DNA of 64,000 nucleotides from Pedobacter sp. (lineage in GTDB: Bacteria; Desulfobacterota; Desulfuromonadia; Desulfuromonadales; Syntrophotaleaceae): positions 1,480,679 through 1,544,678 of the forward strand of contig JBFWJC010000001.1 of assembly GCA_050253415.1 (NCBI GenBank), written 5' to 3'. Below are positions 30,452-39,845 of this stretch, piece after piece (the stretch's first letter is position 1; every line of letters begins with the position of its first letter). The translations under genes were made by a program, and so were the position numbers. The notes beneath the pieces were generated by a model, which did no database searches, was not told where the DNA came from, and was given only the letters and a program-made list of their open reading frames with translations.

Positions 30452-31846
30452 CTATCGCTTGATCGACAGTACGGTGTCCATCATCTCATCAACCGTGGTC
30501 AACAGCTTGGCGGATGCTTCAAAGCCTCGCTGGTACTGGATAAGGTTGATCATCTCTTCTTCCAGGGAAACACCCACCTTGCTGTCGCGCAGGTTTTCCA
30601 ATTGCAGCATGGTATCTTCCAGGCCGGAGACGGACAGCTGGTTTTGCGCACTTTCTACCCCGATATCGGAGGTGATTTTGGCGTAAAACGATCCAAAACT
30701 GTGGGTGCCGTCGATCGCCTTCGTATCTTTCAGGGCCGCCATGAGCAGGGCATTGCGATTATCGCCACTGGCGCTGGATTGTCCGGCGGCAACCTGAGCG
30801 GTTTCGGTGACCGCAACTTCAATGCCCGCAGCCGCACCGGTCCAGGGATCGGGACCGACGGACAGCGGGGTGCTGAAAAAGTTCAGACCGGTTGAGCCGT
30901 CAAGGCCGGTGCCCCCGGCATGCAACGTGTTGACTTCGTTGGCCAGGTTGTAGGCGAGTTTGTCCAGATCGTCCCGGACCTGGGGGATGAACTCATCCCG
31001 CAGGTAGACCAGGCCTTTAAATTCTCCGCCCAGGCTGCTGTTGTCCACGGGGCGGGTCGTATTGGTAAGATTCAGCTGCAGTTCGGAGCCCGTAGAGGTC
31101 GGTACCGCCTCCAGTGAAAAAGCTTCGAAGCGGCTGACCAGGGGCAGGCCGCTGGGCAATTGTACGTTGACGCTCCCATCCTGGTTTTCGTATGACTGAG
31201 TACCCAGGGTGTAGGAGAGTTCTTCTAGCAGGGCATCACGCCCGTCGCGATCGGCGTTGGCATTCACGCCGGTGCTTTCGATGGTGAAAATGCGTTGATT
31301 GAACTCTGCTATCTGTTGCAGTTTGACATTGATTCCGTCAATTTTGGAGGTTAGGGATTCGTCCACCAGTCGGGACATATCCCCCAAATCCTGGGACATG
31401 GTGTGGAAGCTGTCGCTGAGAAGCGTACCGTATTGCAATACGCTGTTGCGTTCCACCGAACCATCCGGGGTGACCGACAACTGCTCCCAGCTGTCGAAAA
31501 ACTTATCGATTTTTGCGGTCAGGTTATCATCGCCGAGGTTAAAAATGGATTCCAGCTCCGCCAGTGGTGTGGCTTGTGCCGATTGTTCACCCAGGGTGGC
31601 GTTTTTGTCGATAATCTGCTTGTTTAAAAATGTATCTTCGGCGCGTTGGATGCTGTCCGGCATAACGCCGCGGCCGATTTGAAAACCGCGGAAATTAAGC
31701 GCGGGAATCGTGCCTAAATCGACACTCTGACGGGAATAGCCATCGGTGTTGACGTTGGCGATATTATTGCTCGTTACGTCGATCAAGGTCTGATGCGTAG
31801 CGAGGCTGGTTTTCCCGAGATTCAGGGCGTCGGTAAGACCGCTCAT
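30452..31846 (-). CDS. flgK: Flagellar hook-associated protein 1
   Basis: SNNIANVNTDGYSRQ; GVSLEEEMINLIQYQRGFEASAK. Confidence 0.95.
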   Translation of the reverse strand: MSGLTDALNLGKTSLATHQTLIDVTSNNIANVNTDGYSRQSVDLGTIPALNFRGFQIGRGVMPDSIQRAEDTFLNKQIIDKNATLGEQSAQATPLAELESIFNLGDDNLTAKIDKFFDSWEQLSVTPDGSVERNSVLQYGTLLSDSFHTMSQDLGDMSRLVDESLTSKIDGINVKLQQIAEFNQRIFTIESTGVNANADRDGRDALLEELSYTLGTQSYENQDGSVNVQLPSGLPLVSRFEAFSLEAVPTSTGSELQLNLTNTTRPVDNSSLGGEFKGLVYLRDEFIPQVRDDLDKLAYNLANEVNTLHAGGTGLDGSTGLNFFSTPLSVGPDPWTGAAAGIEVAVTETAQVAAGQSSASGDNRNALLMAALKDTKAIDGTHSFGSFYAKITSDIGVESAQNQLSVSGLEDTMLQLENLRDSKVGVSLEEEMINLIQYQRGFEASAKLLTTVDEMMDTVLSIKR

Positions 31847-31847
31847 G

Positions 31848-32207
31848 TCAGATCCTTCCCGAAAGCAGGGTGCCGCCGTAATTTACCTGGCGAGAAGCGG
31901 CACCGGCACCATACAGGGTGTTGGAGGTCTGTTGGCCGAAAAAGCCCATCAGATCCCGGACCCAGCGCAAGGCGGCCCAGAAAAGGTAGGCATTGCGGCG
32001 GTTTTCTTCGCGTACGGTTTTGGCCAGTTCCTGAATCTTGGGATCGAGGAGATTTGCCTCCTGCAGGTCTATGCCAGAGAGCAGTTGCTCTTTTTTTCGC
32101 ACAGTCGCAAGCATCTCCTCGATGCGCAGCGCCTTGGCATGTTCCCGTTCCTCAAGGATCAGGTCATGGAGCTGATGCAGTTGCTGGGCAATATCCGGGG
32201 TCATCAT
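31848..32207 (-). CDS. flgN: Flagellar export chaperone FlgN
   Basis: Coiled coil, ENRRNAYL and C-terminal YG; located between flgM and flgK. Confidence 0.8.
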   Translation of the reverse strand: MMTPDIAQQLHQLHDLILEEREHAKALRIEEMLATVRKKEQLLSGIDLQEANLLDPKIQELAKTVREENRRNAYLFWAALRWVRDLMGFFGQQTSNTLYGAGAASRQVNYGGTLLSGRI

Positions 32208-32503
32208 TTCGCCTGATTTTCCGCCAGGAATTTAAGCAGACTGGTTGCAACCTTGGTGGAGTCCGGGCTGTAACTGCCATCGGCTATCTGCTCTTTCAGT
32301 GACTGCAACTTTTCGGCGCGAGCGGATTCGGTGGTAGCGGAGACTTCCTTGGCACGCATGGTTTCTGCGATGACCGAAGAAAACTGTACCCGGTCAATGC
32401 CGGATTGCGCAGCCGTCGTACCCTTTTCGGTTTTTTCATTTTTTTTGACCCTGTTCAGGGGGTCGATGCCGTTGAAGCTGCTACCGTTGATTTTAATGGT
32501 CAT
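32204..32503 (-). CDS. flgM: Anti-sigma28 factor FlgM
   Basis: DRVQFS...RAEKLQSLKEQIADGSYSPD..KVA. Confidence 0.92.
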   Translation of the reverse strand: MTIKINGSSFNGIDPLNRVKKNEKTEKGTTAAQSGIDRVQFSSVIAETMRAKEVSATTESARAEKLQSLKEQIADGSYSPDSTKVATSLLKFLAENQAK

Positions 32504-32616
32504 GGTCCTACCCTCCTTGCTAGCCGGTTGGATAATGTCTTTGACATCATTCCCGGCTGAAAGGGGCTCAGGTGAAAAAGAGAACTTTACGTCCGACTAA
32601 AGGTTTCCTATATCCC

Positions 32617-32644
32617 CTATCGGCAGGTGAGTTCAAGAACTTTA
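32617..32644 (-). promoter_or_regulatory. sigma28 promoter motif upstream of flgM
   Basis: Minus strand TAAA-GTTCTTGAACTCACCT(16)-GCCGATAG. Confidence 0.8.
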
Positions 32645-32692
32645 GGGTAATTTTTACAAAAATTGACAGAACCTCAAAATTTTGTTGGGTTC

Positions 32693-33019
32693 TTAATCCT
32701 TAGGTGGTTCCGACAGGTTTTTGGATAATTGTTTGTAAAGGCTTTCGGCAATGCCGATGCCTTGATTTCGGGACATTTGCACGGCCACTTCCTGATCCAT
32801 GAGATCCTGGAACATCTCCCGGTCGCTGCCCTCATCCAGAAGTCCGTCTTTCGGTACCGTGGAGCGCATTTCCTTGAGCATGGTTTTGAGCATGACAGCT
32901 TCGAAATCCTGACAGCTTTTGCGCAAACCCGCAGCTTCATCCTTTTTGCTGGAAGCAATATTCTGGGTTTGCCCACCAAAAGCGGCAAGGCTGACAGCTG
33001 GATTGATGATGTTCGACAT
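32693..33019 (-). CDS. flgJ: FlgJ rod-binding domain protein (no muramidase domain)
   Basis: LRKSCQDFEAVMLKTMLKEMRSTV...GIGIAESLYKQL. Confidence 0.88.
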   Translation of the reverse strand: MSNIINPAVSLAAFGGQTQNIASSKKDEAAGLRKSCQDFEAVMLKTMLKEMRSTVPKDGLLDEGSDREMFQDLMDQEVAVQMSRNQGIGIAESLYKQLSKNLSEPPKD

Positions 33020-33083
33020 GCTCGCTACTCCCGTATTGTGGCAGGCAAGGGATAAATCCCGTGCAGGTGTCTTTGTTAATACC

Positions 33084-33111
33084 TTTTCGGCACAACGGGA
33101 GTAAAAATTTA
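33084..33111 (-). promoter_or_regulatory. sigma28 promoter motif upstream of flgJ
   Basis: Minus strand TAAA-TTTTTACTCCCGTTGT(16)-GCCGAAAA. Confidence 0.7.
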
Positions 33112-33142
33112 GGAAGAATCGAACAGGGAAGGGTTTTACTTG

Positions 33143-33290
33143 CAGCTATCAGCTATCAGCTATCAGCTATCAGCTATCAGCTATCAGCTATCAGCTATCA
33201 GCTATCAGTGACAAGTGACAAGTGACAAGTGACAAGTGACAAGTGACAAGTGACAAGTGACAAGTGACAAGTGACAAGTGACAAGTGACG
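33143..33290. repeat. Compound heptanucleotide tandem repeat (CAGCTAT)9-C-(AGTGACA)11-AGTGACG
   Basis: Counted directly; lies between the flgI stop and the flgJ promoter. Confidence 0.98.
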
Positions 33291-33298
33291 GTTTTCTA

Positions 33299-34402
33299 TT
33301 ACAAAATAACCATTTCCGCGTGCAGGGCGCCAGCGGCCTTTATGGCCTGAAAGATGGCGATAAGGTCGCGCGGGGTGGCGCCGATGGCGTTAAGAGCCTG
33401 AGCGACGTCTCCAATGCTGACACCCATTTCCATAACCACCAGATTGCCGGAGTCTTCCGTGACCTCCATGGTGGTGTCGGGGACCACCACGGTTTCCCCT
33501 TTGGAAAAGGGCATGGGTTGTGACACCTGATCCTTTTCGGTGATGACCAGGTTCAGGTTGCCGTGTGAGACTGCTACGGTAGCGATGCGCACATCTTCGC
33601 CCATGACGATGGTGCCTGTTTTTTCGTTGACCACAATGCGCGCCATGCTGTCGGGCCTGATGGTGAGACTTTCGAGACTGGAGATGAAATTCACCAGTTG
33701 GTTACGTTCGTCTTCGGGGATGGAGACCTGAAGGCTTCCGCTGTCTTTAGCATGGGCCAGAGGCTTTTTGAAATGATTGTTGATCGCCTCGGCCATGCGG
33801 GTCACGGTGGTGAAGTCCGGGCTGGACAGTTGATATTGAAGTTGAGCACCGGGATCGAGGGTGAAGGGAACTTCACGCTCCACCAAGGCCCCGCCGGGAA
33901 TGCGACCTACGGTGGGGTGGTTTTTTTGTACCGTGGCGGCTTTGCCACCGAACGCCAGGGCGCCTACGGCCAGCGGCCCTTGCGCCACGGCATAGATTTG
34001 CCCGTCAGGACCTTTGAGGGGCGTCATGAGCAGGCTTCCGCCTACCAGACTGTCGGCATCACCGATGGAGGACACCAGCACGTCGATGGTGGCGCCGGTT
34101 TTGGAAAAAGCGGGCAGTTCGGCTGTCACGATAACGGCGGCGACATTGTCTACTTTGACATCGTCGGCAGCAACCGTGACACCGAGGCGTTCCATCATAT
34201 TGACCAGCGAGCGAACAGTGAACTGGGTGCTGGCACTGTCGCCGCTGCCGTTGAGTCCGACCACCAGTCCGTAACCGACCAGTTGGTTGCTGCGTACCCC
34301 CTGCAGGCGTGCAATATCCTTGATGCGGGTTGCTTCAGCCGAAGTGCTCACGGTGCACAACGTCAGACCAAGGAGGAGTAGGGCAAGTATGTGTCGCAGC
34401 AT
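33299..34402 (-). CDS. flgI: Flagellar P-ring protein
   Basis: RIKDI..LQGVRSNQLVGYGLVVGLNGSGD; GATPRDLIAIFQAIKAAGALHAE. Confidence 0.97.
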   Translation of the reverse strand: MLRHILALLLLGLTLCTVSTSAEATRIKDIARLQGVRSNQLVGYGLVVGLNGSGDSASTQFTVRSLVNMMERLGVTVAADDVKVDNVAAVIVTAELPAFSKTGATIDVLVSSIGDADSLVGGSLLMTPLKGPDGQIYAVAQGPLAVGALAFGGKAATVQKNHPTVGRIPGGALVEREVPFTLDPGAQLQYQLSSPDFTTVTRMAEAINNHFKKPLAHAKDSGSLQVSIPEDERNQLVNFISSLESLTIRPDSMARIVVNEKTGTIVMGEDVRIATVAVSHGNLNLVITEKDQVSQPMPFSKGETVVVPDTTMEVTEDSGNLVVMEMGVSIGDVAQALNAIGATPRDLIAIFQAIKAAGALHAEMVIL

Positions 34403-34421
34403 ATAAATGGATCCTTTGTAA

Positions 34422-34518
34422 AAACCGTGATTCGTGATTGGTGATGAGAGTCGTCACCACCCGCCAAGCATCGGTTGTCGGAACTAATCACGAATAACTA
34501 ATCACCAGTCACTGGTTT
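34422..34518. repeat. Imperfect inverted repeat built of heptamer units between flgH and flgI
   Basis: AAAC-CGTGATT CGTGATT GGTGATG ... TAATCAC GAATAAC TAATCAC CAGTCAC-TGGTTT. Confidence 0.8.
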
Positions 34519-34527
34519 AAAAAGCCA

Positions 34528-35229
34528 TTAAAACGGCCAGACGTGGTCGAGCACCCGGGTCATCCAACCGGGGCGCTGTTTGTCGCTGATCACCCCTTTG
34601 CCGGTATAGGCGATCTTGGCGTCCAGGATATTCGCGGAGCTGACAATATTCTGGGAAGAAATATCCGAAGGGCGGATGATACCCTCCAGCAGGATGATCT
34701 GGTCCTCGTTATTGACGGTAACGGTCTTTCCTCCTGCGATGCACAGGTTGCCGTTGGGCAATTCCTCTGTGACCTGCGCGGTAAGGGTGGCGACCAGATC
34801 TTCTTTGCGCGAGGTGCTGCCGGAGCCGTCGAAATCGTTTTCGTAACTGGTATTGACCAGGCTGGTCGGATCTATGAATTTGTTGAGGTTGGCGAGGTTG
34901 CCTTCGAGGCCGAAAACATTGGTAAGCCCGGCCGACATGCTGCTGGAGCGTCCGGTGGCGGTGCTGGCCTCTTTGCTGGCGCTGGCCTTTTCGTAAATGG
35001 CAACAGTAACGATATCGCCTACGTGCCGGGCTTTGTTGTCGCGGAACAGACTGCCGCGCCCTTCGGTCCATAGAGATCCGGGAGCTTGGGGTTGTTCGGG
35101 TTGCACCTGGCGAGCGGCGATAATCGAATTTTTCGCCTGGGTTTCAGCAAGTTTGTTGGAGGTACTGCTGCAACCGATTATCAGCAGCAGAGACGGTATG
35201 GCGACCCACAGGTGCAGAGAACGTCTCAT
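34528..35229 (-). CDS. flgH: Flagellar L-ring lipoprotein
   Basis: Lipobox IIGC; LFRDNKARHVGDIVTV, LPNGNL, IRPSDI, GWMTRVLDHVWPF. Confidence 0.95.
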   Translation of the reverse strand: MRRSLHLWVAIPSLLLIIGCSSTSNKLAETQAKNSIIAARQVQPEQPQAPGSLWTEGRGSLFRDNKARHVGDIVTVAIYEKASASKEASTATGRSSSMSAGLTNVFGLEGNLANLNKFIDPTSLVNTSYENDFDGSGSTSRKEDLVATLTAQVTEELPNGNLCIAGGKTVTVNNEDQIILLEGIIRPSDISSQNIVSSANILDAKIAYTGKGVISDKQRPGWMTRVLDHVWPF

Positions 35230-35230
35230 G

Positions 35231-35953
35231 TTATAACTCCACTTCCACAGCAGAGGGCGCTGTTACACGGCAGAAAATTTCCTTGTGGGAACTGATGTTT
35301 TTCACTCGGATGGTGTCGTCTTCTGCGCCGTTTTCCTGGGCCAGGCCCCGTGCAGTGACGGTCAGGGTGCCAATGCTGGCAGTGATCGTGACCATGTCGC
35401 CGCGTTTGACCAGCGGCGGTGTTTCCAGCCCCGAACGAATAAATGGGGCACCCATGCGAACCGCGCGGCGTAATTTCATGCCGACCAGTTCCTGGGCGTC
35501 AAGGCAAGGGCTGCGTAGGGTCGTGAGGTCCATGGTGACCATGGTCAGATCTGCGGGCTGGAGAATGGAACCGCGAGGCAGATCGTCTGCTGCAATGGCT
35601 ACGGGTGCCAGTGCTTCCAGATCGACAGACAAGGTCATGTTTTTGACGACCTTGCCATCGGAGCGCAAGATCAGATTAAAGCGGCGACTGTCGAGCAACC
35701 GGGGGCTGGACGGGGTAATCTCCCAACGCAGGCGTCCCGCTTCGACCTCAAACGGGGAGATGCTCTGGATGTCACGCAGTCGCAGCTCCATTTGCGGATA
35801 GCGTCTTTGCTGTTTTTGCAGATAGGTGGACAAGACTTTGCGGATCTCTGCATCGCCTATCTTGATGGCCTGGGCCTCGGCCGATACTGTTTGCGGCAGC
35901 ACCATGGCCAACAGCAGAAAAAGCAACAAACTTGTCCTTTGCAACAAAAACAT
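35231..35953 (-). CDS. flgA: P-ring formation chaperone FlgA
   Basis: Signal peptide, SAF-like region, LVKRGDMV...G.A.ENG...IRVKN.SS. Confidence 0.9.
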   Translation of the reverse strand: MFLLQRTSLLLFLLLAMVLPQTVSAEAQAIKIGDAEIRKVLSTYLQKQQRRYPQMELRLRDIQSISPFEVEAGRLRWEITPSSPRLLDSRRFNLILRSDGKVVKNMTLSVDLEALAPVAIAADDLPRGSILQPADLTMVTMDLTTLRSPCLDAQELVGMKLRRAVRMGAPFIRSGLETPPLVKRGDMVTITASIGTLTVTARGLAQENGAEDDTIRVKNISSHKEIFCRVTAPSAVEVEL

Positions 35954-35965
35954 CCCTGATTTTCC

Positions 35966-36751
35966 TTACACGAGGTTATTGGTCATCTGCAGCATTTCAT
36001 CGGCAGTCTTGATGGCCTTGGAATTGATTTCGTAGGCGCGCTGACCGGCGATCATGTTGACCATTTCTTCCATAATGCTGACGTTGGAGCCTTCCAGAAA
36101 GCCTTGAGACAGGCTGCCGAAACCGTTTTCACCGGGATTGCCGGTAACCGGAGTTCCGGTGGTCGGGGTTTCGGTGAAAAGATTGTGGCCGATGGCGTTG
36201 AGTCCGGCCGGATTGCTGAAGCGCGCCAGGGAAATGGTGCCGACCTGAGTGGGTGTGGTTTCGCCGTCGAGTACAACCTCTACCGAACCGTAGCTGCCGA
36301 TCGAAACCTGGGTGGCGTTTTCGGGGATAATGATTTCAGGCGACAGGGGATAGCCGTCCGAAGTCACCAGGCGACCGGTGCCGTCCTTCTTGAAAGCACC
36401 GGCTCGGGTATAAGCCGTATCCCCGTTTGCCAGGGTCACCTGAAAAAAGCCCGAGCCCTCAATGGCGACATCGAGGTCGTTGCCGGTTTGCTGAAAATCA
36501 CCGGTGGTGAAGACTTTCTGTATGGAGGCGACACGCGAACCGAGGCCTACCTGGATGCTGGTGGGCTGTTCGATTCCGGAACTGGCGTCCGATCCAGCCA
36601 TCTTTACCGTCTGATAGAGGATGTCCTGAAAATCGGCGCGGCTTTTTTTAAAGCCTGCGCTGTTGACGTTGGCCAGGTTGTGGGCAATCACATCCATATT
36701 AACTTGCTGGGCTTCCATACCGGTTGCCGAGGTCCATAACGCCCTGATCAT
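35966..36751 (-). CDS. flgG: Flagellar distal rod protein
   Basis: [43 protein letters not shown]. Confidence 0.97.
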   Translation of the reverse strand: MIRALWTSATGMEAQQVNMDVIAHNLANVNSAGFKKSRADFQDILYQTVKMAGSDASSGIEQPTSIQVGLGSRVASIQKVFTTGDFQQTGNDLDVAIEGSGFFQVTLANGDTAYTRAGAFKKDGTGRLVTSDGYPLSPEIIIPENATQVSIGSYGSVEVVLDGETTPTQVGTISLARFSNPAGLNAIGHNLFTETPTTGTPVTGNPGENGFGSLSQGFLEGSNVSIMEEMVNMIAGQRAYEINSKAIKTADEMLQMTNNLV

Positions 36752-36852
36752 GTCAGAAACTCCTTTGCGCTGTCGCGCATTATCCTCTCAGGTTTCCATT
36801 TCGGAACCTGAAGTTTTTATCGATGGTTCAAACCAAAAAACGGTAATGTTAT

Positions 36853-37590
36853 TTAACCCAGGGTGCCGAGTTTGTTCGCCTCGCCAGCCAGTGAGTGATA
36901 TGTTTTAAGCATTTTCTGGCAGGCTTCAAAGACGCGGGTCGATTCGACCATGTGACTCATTTCCTGCATCAGGTTGACGTTGGACCCTTCGAGTTGTCCC
37001 TGGAAGATATGCGGATCCGTCACCAATACTTCCAGACGGCGCTCTTCCCCGGTCGGGACAGTAAACTGCCCACCACCCTGGCGGGTAAGGACAGACGTGT
37101 CATCAAAGGTATACAGGGGAATTTTCGTTGTCTGGCCATCTTCGGTCTTGACCGTGCCGTCTTCGGTGATGGTTATGTCAGGACTCGAAAGGGTGATGGG
37201 TTTACGGTCGTCGCCGAGTAGAACCATCCCCTGCTGGTTGATCAATTGTCCCTCGCTGTCCAGTCGCATGCTTCCCTGCCGGGTGTAGTAAATATTGCCG
37301 GCATTGTCCTGCACCTTGAAAAAGCCTTCCCCTTGAATGGCCATGTGGGTCGGTACGCCGGACGGAGAAAGGGTGCCCTGGGAAAAATCGGTAAAACCTT
37401 CTTCGATATCCGCCAGGTTGACCCGTTCGAGCACCTGGCCGTTCTGGGCTTGCTCCAGCATGATTTTGAATACCGCCTGCCCCTTTTTAAAGCCAACCGT
37501 TTGATTGTTGGCCAGGTTATGGCTGATGGTGTCCATCATTTGCTGGCGTACCAGCGCCCCCGACAGGGCGACATAGGTTCCTCGATTCAT
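36853..37590 (-). CDS. flgF: Flagellar basal-body rod protein FlgF
   Basis: Start MNRGTYVALSG at 37590; HNLANNQTVGFKK, YYTRQG, LEGSNVN. Confidence 0.88.
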   Translation of the reverse strand: MNRGTYVALSGALVRQQMMDTISHNLANNQTVGFKKGQAVFKIMLEQAQNGQVLERVNLADIEEGFTDFSQGTLSPSGVPTHMAIQGEGFFKVQDNAGNIYYTRQGSMRLDSEGQLINQQGMVLLGDDRKPITLSSPDITITEDGTVKTEDGQTTKIPLYTFDDTSVLTRQGGGQFTVPTGEERRLEVLVTDPHIFQGQLEGSNVNLMQEMSHMVESTRVFEACQKMLKTYHSLAGEANKLGTLG

Positions 37591-37624
37591 AGCAGCCTCA
37601 TAGTGTTCTGTGGTCGATAGGGTC

Positions 37625-37652
37625 TTATCGACCTTCCGGCGCTTTTTCTTTA
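37625..37652 (-). promoter_or_regulatory. sigma28 promoter motif upstream of flgF
   Basis: Minus strand TAAA-GAAAAAGCGCCGGAAG(16)-GTCGATAA. Confidence 0.65.
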
Positions 37653-37741
37653 ATTTTTTGATGGTGCTGCAACGCCTTAGCGCAGACTTTTTGTTCAGAT
37701 ATCTTGTGTTTTTATGGAAAATTAAGTTTTTTGCCGCGCAC

Positions 37742-38167
37742 TCAGTCCCTGCCGCCGTTGGTATAGCAGCCTGCCGAAACCATGGCTGTCTCAACGCCGA
37801 TTCCTGGGCGGCTCGCCCGGCTCAAACTGATAAGTTGTCTGACTTCGGTCGGGGGGAGCATGAGGAGGTCTGCTATTTGTTGTGCCGGCATGCCTTGCGC
37901 CGCCATCTCGGCCGCCAGTTTGTATTTATCCGGAGTCGGTCGGTGGGGTTGCGTCTGCGCAAGGCGTTGCCTGAGAGTAGCCTGTTGCAAGGGGGTCTGA
38001 AAATTGGCGGTAGCATCGGCGGGTTCCGACATGGCGGACAAGGCGGCCTTGTCGTTTTTGATCTGCTGCTGCAGATGCTTAAGGCGCAGAGCCAGCACAA
38101 TCGTGGCGCAAACGCCTGCGACCCCGATAACGCCAGTAAGCATGAGTGGTATCAGCAAAGCAGGCAT
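37742..38167 (-). CDS. Membrane-anchored hypothetical protein with C-terminal HTH-like motif (DUF2802-like)
   Basis: N-terminal TM helix; YKLAAEMAAQGMPAQQIADLLMLPPTEVRQL; directly after fliA. Confidence 0.7.
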   Translation of the reverse strand: MPALLIPLMLTGVIGVAGVCATIVLALRLKHLQQQIKNDKAALSAMSEPADATANFQTPLQQATLRQRLAQTQPHRPTPDKYKLAAEMAAQGMPAQQIADLLMLPPTEVRQLISLSRASRPGIGVETAMVSAGCYTNGGRD

Positions 38168-38172
38168 GGTAA

Positions 38173-38940
38173 TTATCGCGGCGCCATTGAAGGCCCGGCT
38201 CCTTCGTTTTGTGCACGGTTGATGGATGTCTTGAGTTTCAGCAGAGCCTGACTGTGCAGCTGGGAAATGCGTCCTTCCGAGAGTTCCAGGACTTCTGCGA
38301 TTTCTTTCTGACTGAGTTCTTCATAATAGTAGAGGGACACGACCAGTCGTTCCTTGTCGGTGAGGCGGTCGATCTGGCGGGCGAGTTCCTGGGTCAGCTG
38401 GCTGCTTTCAATCATTTCGAGGGGGTTGGGACTGTTCTCGTCCTCGATGCTGTCCATCAGAATCGGGCCATCCGTTGTATCTTCGATCGTTTCGTGCAGG
38501 CTGACGCAGCCGAGATAGCTGACTTCTCCAAGCATCTGGCGGTATGATTCCAGATCCATGTCAAGGGCCTGCGCAACCTCTTCTTCTTCGGGGGGACGAC
38601 CAAGCTGTCTTTCCTTGTCGGAAATGGCTTTGCAGATACGCGATTGTTTCTGGCGCAAAGAGCGTGAAAACCAATCCATGCGACGCACTTCATCAAGCAC
38701 GGCACCACGCATGCGTTTTTCGGCGAAGGTTTTGAATAATACGCCCAGACTCGGTTTGAAACGATTGGCGGCATCCACCAGCCCTACCATAGCGGCGCTG
38801 GCAATATCTTCACGGGTCATAAAGGACGGAACCTGGCTTACCATGCGTTCGGTCAGAAATCCCACCATATGCAGATGACTTTTGATCAGGCGGTCCTTCT
38901 CATCCGCTCTGACGGGGGCATAAACAGGTCCCAAATTCAT
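38173..38940 (-). CDS. fliA: RNA polymerase sigma28 factor
   Basis: FKTFAEKRMRGAVLDEVRRMDW; LYYYEELSQKEIAEVLELSEGRISQLH. Confidence 0.96.
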   Translation of the reverse strand: MNLGPVYAPVRADEKDRLIKSHLHMVGFLTERMVSQVPSFMTREDIASAAMVGLVDAANRFKPSLGVLFKTFAEKRMRGAVLDEVRRMDWFSRSLRQKQSRICKAISDKERQLGRPPEEEEVAQALDMDLESYRQMLGEVSYLGCVSLHETIEDTTDGPILMDSIEDENSPNPLEMIESSQLTQELARQIDRLTDKERLVVSLYYYEELSQKEIAEVLELSEGRISQLHSQALLKLKTSINRAQNEGAGPSMAPR

Positions 38941-39845
38941 GGCATATCCCTTCCGTTGGCAGTAAGCAGGCGTTTCCAGAAGAACTGCAACGTGCCTTTG
39001 GGTTGGATGTCTGCGGACGCATCGATAATGTTCCGGGCAAATCCGGTAAACGCATGGCTGGTTTTGCTGCCGGGATAGATTTCCACCATGGGGCTTTGCC
39101 GGCGGATCGATTCACGCAAGCGTTTGTCAAATGGGATGCAGCCCAGGTAATCGATGCTGATGGACAGGTAACGATTGGCTACCGTGGTCAGTTTCTGGTA
39201 AACATCCAGACCTTCTCCGGTATTGCTGACCGAATTGACAATCAGTTGAAACTGCTTCTGATGGTAACGGGTGGACAACAGCTTCATCAGGGCGTAGGCA
39301 TCGGTGATGGCCGTCGGTTCCGGACTGGTAACGATAAAAATATCCTGGGCGGCGACGGTAAAGTAGGTCACATTTTCGGAGATCCCGGCTTCGGTGTCGA
39401 TCAGCACGACATCAAAGTCTTCCTGCAGGCTGTCAAGATCCTCGATCAGGCGCATGCGTTGTCGCGAGTCGAGACGCGTAAATTGCTGCACGCCGGAACC
39501 GGCCGGCAATATTTTGATGCCCCAGGGACCTTCGACCATGATCTCTTCCAGGGTTTTGAGGCCCTCGAAGAAATGATTGAGGTTGTAACGGGGATTCAGC
39601 CCGAAAACCACGTCGATGTTGGCCAGCCCCAGGTCGGCATCGATGATCAGGACCTTTTTGCCCAGTTGCGCCAGAGCATAAGCCGTATTCGCCACTACCG
39701 CGGTTTTGCCCACGCCGCCTTTGCCGCTGGCTACCGCAATGACGCGGGTTGGCGGAGAGGGTGGTAGATCGTCCCGCTCGGCATGGAAATCTTTCATGGT
39801 GCGTAATGTTTCCGCCTGGTCTGTCGTTTCGTATTGAGTCTTCAT
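38937..39845 (-). CDS. flhG: MinD-like flagellar number regulator FlhG/FleN
   Basis: SGKGGVGKT, DADLGLANID, PEPTAITDAYA. Confidence 0.93.
   Translation of the reverse strand: MKTQYETTDQAETLRTMKDFHAERDDLPPSPPTRVIAVASGKGGVGKTAVVANTAYALAQLGKKVLIIDADLGLANIDVVFGLNPRYNLNHFFEGLKTLEEIMVEGPWGIKILPAGSGVQQFTRLDSRQRMRLIEDLDSLQEDFDVVLIDTEAGISENVTYFTVAAQDIFIVTSPEPTAITDAYALMKLLSTRYHQKQFQLIVNSVSNTGEGLDVYQKLTTVANRYLSISIDYLGCIPFDKRLRESIRRQSPMVEIYPGSKTSHAFTGFARNIIDASADIQPKGTLQFFWKRLLTANGRDMP

Noticed and set aside
32561..32589. Second TAAAGTTCT...TCACCTG copy upstream of flgM as another sigma28 promoter
   Set aside because: It repeats the -35 and spacer, but has no GCCGATA-like -10 at the right distance.
33143..33290. 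Repeat array as a CRISPR
   Set aside because: Units are 7 nt with no spacers and there are no cas genes in the window.
36817..36845. sigma28 promoter before flgG (ATCGATAA)
   Set aside because: No TAAA at 15-16 nt spacing.
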